Below, in pieces: positions 58,382 to 64,000 of a DNA stretch of 64,000 bases (position 1 is the stretch's first letter; every line of letters begins with the position of its first letter). Source of the stretch: an uncultured Gemmatimonadales bacterium (GTDB taxonomy: Bacteria; Gemmatimonadota; Gemmatimonadetes; Longimicrobiales; RSA9); assembly GCA_963816355.1 (NCBI GenBank), contig CAWFKH010000003.1:1376001-1440000 (forward strand), given 5' to 3'. The position numbers and the translations under genes are program-made. The notes below the pieces were generated by a model. The model saw only the letters and a list, made by a program, of their open reading frames with translations. It searched no databases and was not told the DNA's origin.

Positions 58382-59290
58382 TCAGGCCGCGACGTGAGGC
58401 CGCACCGCCGGCCGGCCGCGCTTGCGGCGGGCGGCGGCATCCCGTGGAGGCACCAGCATCAGCGCGCCCTTGAAGCGGCGCGCGAGCTGGCCCGGCACAC
58501 CACAGAAGGCGACGCGGTCGCGGAAGGTGTAGGAGATGCTGCCGAGCGCGAGCAGGTCGGCCTCGTCCGCGGCGGCGATCTGGAGCAGGTGCGATACCGG
58601 CTCCCCCTCGATGACGGTGTCCTCGAGCTCGAGCCCGTCAGCATCGCCGATCGAGTCGCGCAGCCGCGCGAACTGAGCGGGCAGCGAGCCGACGTAGCAG
58701 TCCGTCCAACCCCACAGCGCGGCGGCGGGGAAGTCGAGACGCGGCATCACGTGGGTCAGGCGGATGCGACCCGAGGTGCCGACGAGCATCGCCGCGGCGC
58801 GGGCGACGGCCGCGCTGGAGCTTCCGAAATCGACGCCGACCACGGCGCGACGGGGCAGCTTCTGCAGCTCCGGCCCGACGAGCGCCACGGGCGACCGCGA
58901 GCCGCGCACGAGGGCGAGCAACTCGCCGCCGCAGGCGACGGACTCGATGCCGTTGCGGGGGACGAGGACGACGTCGGCACCCGTGCGGCCGGCGCTCTCC
59001 AGCGCGTCGGCGACGCCGCCCTCGACGGTGGCGATGCGCCACGCTTCGGCGGATGCGCCGAGGTCGTCGAGCTGGTGGCGGACGCGGTGCAGCATCTCGT
59101 CCTCCCGCGCGCGCGCCATTTCCGCGGCGTGCGGTAGGCTCGCGGCCATGCCGCTCGGGAGCGGAAGCGGCGCGAGCACGCCGAGGACACGTACCGTCGC
59201 GTCACGGTGGGCCGCGAGCTCGGCGGCGAGGCGAGCGACTCCGGCGCTCGCGGGACGCCCGTCGGTCACCGCCAGGACGCGCAGACTCAT
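58382..59290 (-). CDS. Tandem universal stress protein
   Basis: VLAVTDG, VVGVDFGSSS, ADLLALGS; two USP domains. Confidence 0.85.
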   Translation of the reverse strand: MSLRVLAVTDGRPASAGVARLAAELAAHRDATVRVLGVLAPLPLPSGMAASLPHAAEMARAREDEMLHRVRHQLDDLGASAEAWRIATVEGGVADALESAGRTGADVVLVPRNGIESVACGGELLALVRGSRSPVALVGPELQKLPRRAVVGVDFGSSSAAVARAAAMLVGTSGRIRLTHVMPRLDFPAAALWGWTDCYVGSLPAQFARLRDSIGDADGLELEDTVIEGEPVSHLLQIAAADEADLLALGSISYTFRDRVAFCGVPGQLARRFKGALMLVPPRDAAARRKRGRPAVRPHVAA

Positions 59291-59524
59291 GATCGCGTTC
59301 TCCATGCACGGGGAGCGGCCGGCGAGGAACGCGCCTCCCCGGTCCAGCGAAGGAGCGACGGCTCGAGTGGGGACGGCGCGGCGCGGCTCGTGGAGCAAGC
59401 TAGCGAAGGCCCACGGGCGCGTGTGCAGGGAAAAGGCGGAAAGGATGTGGGACGAAGACGACGGCGCCGTGTGGGGAAGCACCCTACGCAGCGGCAGTCG
59501 TCGCGCCGCCGCGGCGCCGCCCGC

Positions 59525-61351
59525 CTACTCGGTGCCGCTGGCGGCGGGAAGCGTGAAGGAGAGCGTCGTTCCGACGCCGATCTCGCTCGACGCCTGGATG
59601 ACGCCGCCGTGCGCCTCGACAATGCCGCGCGCGATCGCGAGACCGAGGCCGGCGCCCCGGCGGCCGCTGCTGCGCTTCCCCTGCCAGAAGCGGTCGAAGA
59701 CGTGCTCGAGCTGCTCGGACGGAATGCCCGGTCCGCTGTCACGCACCAGGAAGCGGACCCAGCCGGTGCCCTCCACGCGCGCGGCGACCACGATCCGGCC
59801 GCCGGCGGGAGTGAACTTGACCGCATTGCCCAGCAGGTTCCCGAACACCTGCAGGAGGCGCTCGCGGTCTCCGCGCACCGGCGGCAGGTCCGGCGTCACC
59901 TCCTGTTCGAGCCCGATCATCGCTTCCGCGGCGATCGGCTCGATGCGCGTGACGGCATCCTTCACCAGCGTGGCCGCCGAGTGGCGATCCCATTCCAGCG
60001 AGAGCCGGCCGGATTCGATGCGCTGCACCTCGAGCAGGTCGTCGATCAGGCGCTGCATCTGCTCGGCCGAGACGCGGATGGTCTCCAGGTAATCCCAGGC
60101 GGCGCGCTCGCGGTCCTCGTCGGAGAGGTTGCGCAGGAGCAGACGCGTGCCGATGAAGATCGCGGCGAGCGGATTGCCCAGGTCGTGCGAGACGACCGAG
60201 AGCACCTCGTTGCGCGCCGTGATCGCCTGGCGCGCCTCGCGGTAGAGGCGGGCGTTGTCCAGCGCGAGCGCGGCGCGGCGCGCGAGCTCCTCGGCGAGGT
60301 CGACGTCGTCCTCGCCGTAGCGGGCGGCCGTGGCCGAGTAGAACGCGATCGCGCCCACGGTGCGGCCGCGGGCGACGAGCGGGACGGCGAGCATCGAGGC
60401 CATGCCGAGCGCATCGATAGCGCGGCGGTGCTCGGGCGACGTGCTCATCTCGTCGCGCACGGACTCGTCGATCCGGTCGAGGCGGACGGCGAGGCCCTGG
60501 TCGATCGCGGTGCGCGCCGGGTGCGGCACCTCGATCACGCGGTGCGCCTCCAGCACGCCGAGCTGCGCACGCTGCTCGGGGTCGGCGTGGGCGGCGTGCA
60601 CGCGTCGTACGACGCCGTCCTCCTCGCGCAGATAGATCGCGCACCAGTCGCCGAGGTGGCCGAGGGCGACCGAGGCGACGCTCTGTAGAGTGGCGTCGTA
60701 ATCGAGGGAAGCGGAGAGCAGCGAGCCGGCGGTGGCGAGCAGCCGCTGCCCCTCCTCGCGCCGCCGGCGCTGCGTGATGTCGCGCAGGACGACGGTGAAG
60801 ATCCAGCGGTCCTCCACGTGGATCTTCGAGATCGCCGCTTCGGCCGGGAACTGCTCACCGTCGCGACGCCGCCCCACGATGTCGACGTCGCGGCGCTCGC
60901 CCATGCGGCGCGCGGCGACCGGCGCGTCCGCGAAGCCGGCAATGTGGCGCTCGTGGATGTCGCGGAATCGCTCCGGCAGGAGGATCGCGAGCGGCCGGCC
61001 GAGCACCTCGTCCGCGGCGTAGCCGAAGATCTGCTCGGCACCCGCGTTGAAGTCCGTGATGCGGTGCTTCTCGTTGATCGAGATGATCGCGTCGGTGGCG
61101 ATGCCGATCATCCCCTTGAACTTCGCCCGCGTGAAGCGGAGGTCCGCCTCGATGCGGCGACGCCGGCGCACCAGCAGGAAGAGGGAAGCGAGGGCGATCG
61201 CAGCGAGCGCGAGGAGAGACCAGGGCGCCGCCGCGGGAAGGATGTCGATGCGAAGACCAGTGGGCACGAGGTGCGCCGCCCCGCCGCGCGGCAGCCGGCC
61301 AGGCCCGGCCGTGACGGCCGGAAATACGCGAAGGAGGAGTGGAAGCGACAT
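59525..61351 (-). CDS. TM-PAS-GAF sensor histidine kinase
   Basis: PAS (FNAGAEQIFGY..EVLG), GAF, SHDLGNPL, NLLGNAVKF, DSGPG, GAGLGL; start uncertain. Confidence 0.92.
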   Translation of the reverse strand: MSLPLLLRVFPAVTAGPGRLPRGGAAHLVPTGLRIDILPAAAPWSLLALAAIALASLFLLVRRRRRIEADLRFTRAKFKGMIGIATDAIISINEKHRITDFNAGAEQIFGYAADEVLGRPLAILLPERFRDIHERHIAGFADAPVAARRMGERRDVDIVGRRRDGEQFPAEAAISKIHVEDRWIFTVVLRDITQRRRREEGQRLLATAGSLLSASLDYDATLQSVASVALGHLGDWCAIYLREEDGVVRRVHAAHADPEQRAQLGVLEAHRVIEVPHPARTAIDQGLAVRLDRIDESVRDEMSTSPEHRRAIDALGMASMLAVPLVARGRTVGAIAFYSATAARYGEDDVDLAEELARRAALALDNARLYREARQAITARNEVLSVVSHDLGNPLAAIFIGTRLLLRNLSDEDRERAAWDYLETIRVSAEQMQRLIDDLLEVQRIESGRLSLEWDRHSAATLVKDAVTRIEPIAAEAMIGLEQEVTPDLPPVRGDRERLLQVFGNLLGNAVKFTPAGGRIVVAARVEGTGWVRFLVRDSGPGIPSEQLEHVFDRFWQGKRSSGRRGAGLGLAIARGIVEAHGGVIQASSEIGVGTTLSFTLPAASGTE

Positions 61352-61416
61352 CGCCGCGCAGAAGCTAGCGCGCGCGGACACGCCGCGCCACGGCGCCGTC
61401 GCGGCGCGGGCCGCGG

Positions 61417-62073
61417 CTATTCGCGCTTCAGCAATCCGCTCTGCAGCGCGAACCGGACGAGCTCGGAGCGGTGGTTGAGGCTCAGCTTCTCCATGATCCG
61501 CGACCGATAGGTGTCGACGGTCTTCGGCGAGATGAAGAGCTTCTCCCCGATCTCGCTGGAGGTGAACCCTTCGGCGGTCATGAGCATGACGTCGCGCTCG
61601 CGGTCGCTCAGCTTGTCGAGCGGATCCTCCTCCTTCGGCTGGCGCTTCACGCGATAGCCCTGGAGCAGCAGCTTGGCCGCGTTCGGGTAGAGGAAGACCT
61701 CGTCGCGGGCGACGGTCCGTATGGCGTTGATCAGGTCCTCGTCCGCGCTCGTCTTGCGTACGTACCCGCTGCCACCCGCCTCCAGCACCGGGAGCAAGTA
61801 CTCCTCCTCGGAGTGCATCGTCAGGACCAGGACGCGGGTGCCCTGCTTCAACGCCACGATCTGCTTCGTCGCCTCGAGCCCGTCCAGCTCCGGCATCGAC
61901 AGATCCATCACGACGATGTCCGGCTTCAACTGCTCCGAGCGCGCCACCGCCTCCTGCCCGGTCGAGGCCTCACCGACCACGCGAATGTCCGCCTCCGCGT
62001 CGAGCAACGCCTTCAATCCCGCGCGCAGCACCGCATGGTCGTCCGCAATCAGGATTCGAATCAGATCAGACAT
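61417..62073 (-). CDS. NarL/NreC-family response regulator
   Basis: ADDH, MDLSMP; LuxR HTH LSDRERDV..ISPKTVDTYR. Confidence 0.95.
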   Translation of the reverse strand: MSDLIRILIADDHAVLRAGLKALLDAEADIRVVGEASTGQEAVARSEQLKPDIVVMDLSMPELDGLEATKQIVALKQGTRVLVLTMHSEEEYLLPVLEAGGSGYVRKTSADEDLINAIRTVARDEVFLYPNAAKLLLQGYRVKRQPKEEDPLDKLSDRERDVMLMTAEGFTSSEIGEKLFISPKTVDTYRSRIMEKLSLNHRSELVRFALQSGLLKRE

Positions 62074-63121
62074 TGGCCACCGTCCCCGCGACTGGGATGT
62101 CCACCTCGATGCGAGTGCCGCGACCGGGCGCGCTGCGCACCTCGGTCCGCCCGGAAAGATATGCAGCCCGCTCCTGCATGCCCAGAATTCCGAGCCCTTC
62201 CCCACTCTTCGCCAGCACGGCGTCCAGGTCGAAGCCGTTGCCGTTGTCGCTGATCGACGCCTGCACCCGCTCGCCGGCACGACGCAGCGTCACGCTCGCG
62301 CGCGTCGCCGCCGCGTGCCGCGCCACGTTCGAAAGCGCCGCCTGGATGATCCGGTACAGCGCGAGCTCGCCCTCCTCGTTCAGCGCGTCGCCGATGTCCT
62401 CGATGTCGACGTCGACCTCGATGCCGGCGGTGTCGGCGACCATCGCGGCGTGCGAGTTCACCGCCGCGGCGAGGCCGAGCATCTCGAGCGCCGGCGGGCG
62501 CAGCCCCTGCGCGACGCTGCGCACCCGCTCCACGGCGACCGAGAGCTCCTCGCGCATCTCGTCGAGCACCCGCTGGCGGAGGCGCTCGTCGCCGCTGTTG
62601 CGCGCCAGGCGCACCCGCAGCATCAGCCCGGCCAGCGACTGCGCCGTCTCGTCGTGCAGCTCGCGCGCGATGCGCTTGCGCTCCTCTTCCGCGGCGCCGA
62701 GCGCGCGCGCCGCGATCTCGCGCAGGCGCAACCGGTAGGCGGCGATCCCGTCGAGCATCGCGTTGAACGTCGCGGCCAGACGCGAGAGGTTGCGGTCGGC
62801 CAGCGGCGACCCGGCGACGCGCGCGTCGAATTCGCCGGCGCCCACCCGCGCCGCCGTCGTCTCCAGCGCGCGCAGCGGCTGCAGCGCCACCCACACGATC
62901 ACGGCGTTCACCACGACCGAGACAACGAGGGCGCCGGCCGCCAGCGCGACGAGCCACTCCACCTTGGGTCCCGTGCCGTGCTGGGCTCCGACCAGGAAGC
63001 CCGCGGCGGACGCGAGCAGCACGACCCCCGCGTTCGCGACCAGCACCTTCCAGAATAGCGGGATCGCGAGCAGCGGCCGGATCAAGCGCGCAAAGATGAC
63101 GTCCTTCGTGGCTCCCTCCAT
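62066..63121 (-). CDS. HAMP + HisKA_3 (NarX/NreB-type) sensor kinase
   Basis: 2 TM, HAMP, EERKRIARELHD, NVARHA, DNGNGF, GLGILGMQER; start uncertain. Confidence 0.92.
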   Translation of the reverse strand: MEGATKDVIFARLIRPLLAIPLFWKVLVANAGVVLLASAAGFLVGAQHGTGPKVEWLVALAAGALVVSVVVNAVIVWVALQPLRALETTAARVGAGEFDARVAGSPLADRNLSRLAATFNAMLDGIAAYRLRLREIAARALGAAEEERKRIARELHDETAQSLAGLMLRVRLARNSGDERLRQRVLDEMREELSVAVERVRSVAQGLRPPALEMLGLAAAVNSHAAMVADTAGIEVDVDIEDIGDALNEEGELALYRIIQAALSNVARHAAATRASVTLRRAGERVQASISDNGNGFDLDAVLAKSGEGLGILGMQERAAYLSGRTEVRSAPGRGTRIEVDIPVAGTVANV

Positions 63122-63453
63122 CCGCCCGCTCACGAAGGGCCTTGCCCTCCGTGGAACGGCCGGGATATACATGAGCGCGCCCAAGCGGACCCCGGGCGCG
63201 TTGTCGCGTACGAATGATCCGCAGACGCCTCCCCCTTCGCAGTCGGGCACGTCCGGAATCGGTGTGGGGAAAATCCTGACGGCAAGAGCCGGACGCCGCC
63301 GCTTGTCGCAGCGGGGAGGATCGCGGACGGATCGGTCTTGGTCCATTACCTGCCACCGAAGACGGGCCACCGCCGTTCGGGCGCTCTCGGCAGGGGCCGG
63401 ACCGACGGCCTCCGCGCGCCTCGCGCGGTGGACTCGAATGAGAGGGAGTGGCG

Positions 63454-63786
63454 ATGAACGGAATCGCGAAATCGGACTGGGCTCTCGCGCTGAAGCGGTT
63501 CACGGACCGGAACGCCGGCTACCGTACGGCGCTGGAGATCGACGATCCGGCGCTGGGGGCGCAAGAACAGGAGCAGGGCTTCGAGCTGCGCGGCGTCGCC
63601 TACGACAGCCGCGACGACCGCGTCGAGATCATGCTCGGCCGGCTCGGCACGGTGGAATCGCACCTCACGCACACGATCACGCAGGCGGACGAGCTGGAGA
63701 TCGAGTCCGATGCGGAGGGGCGCGACCGGTCGTTGCGGATCCGGCGCGGAGACGCGCAGACGCTGCTGCGCCTGGTACGGTCGTAG
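63454..63786 (+). CDS. DUF5335-like protein
   Basis: W...L..FT.RN, LGAQ, L.GVAYD..D..VEI.LG, HLTHTI; RBS GAGGGAG. Confidence 0.7.
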   Translation: MNGIAKSDWALALKRFTDRNAGYRTALEIDDPALGAQEQEQGFELRGVAYDSRDDRVEIMLGRLGTVESHLTHTITQADELEIESDAEGRDRSLRIRRGDAQTLLRLVRS

Positions 63787-64000
63787 CGTCCGCCGGACGT
63801 AAAGACCGCCGGGCCACCATCGATTGGCGCATTCGCCGCGGCCCGACCGCGGAAGATGCCGCGCGCGACTTGCCCCGCCGCCGGGAGGGGACGAACTTCC
63901 GGCGCGCAGGCGCCGCGGCGTTTCTCATTTCGGCTCCCGGAGGGCGCGCGAGCGACGAGGGGGCCCGTCGGGATGGACGATGCAGGCAACGGGCAGAGAG

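Overview
Very GC-rich, gene-dense bacterial chromosome segment. Gene content and order suggest Gemmatimonadota, possibly Longimicrobiales-like; this is inference, not a database match. Most long ORFs in the six-frame track are shadow ORFs. About 60 credible genes occur, in this order: the 3' end of glpD; an amidohydrolase; an S41 protease-cbiM(N)QO-corA metal uptake operon; a ferric-reductase-like membrane protein; a degenerate IS1595-family element; a MacAB/TolC-type ABC exporter with an NtrC-type two-component system; an MFS transporter; a TreT-like trehalose glycosyltransferase; an OmpA lipoprotein; tRNA-Val(TAC); a ~15 kb chemosensory operon; the housekeeping block yggS-divIVA-PNP-ileS-lspA-rluD; exbB-exbD-exbD-tonB; tilS-hpt-ftsH-folP-cdaA; a GDPD; and a USP/PAS-kinase/NarL-type stress module. 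The best candidate for an undescribed system is the chemosensory operon at 25785-41225. It is a tightly coupled, receptor-less cheW-cheY-cheA-cheC...cheR-cheB operon that encloses a long TPR protein, two DUF4388(PATAN-like)-TPR proteins with tandem MshEN-type c-di-GMP-binding motifs, three Roadblock/LC7 (MglB-like) domains with no MglA GTPase, and a tandem DnaA-like AAA+ protein. That AAA+ protein has one intact and one degenerate ATPase domain and no DNA-binding domain. No CRISPR array, prophage or rRNA was seen. Start codons were chosen by eye, and all family calls come from motif recognition without database searches.
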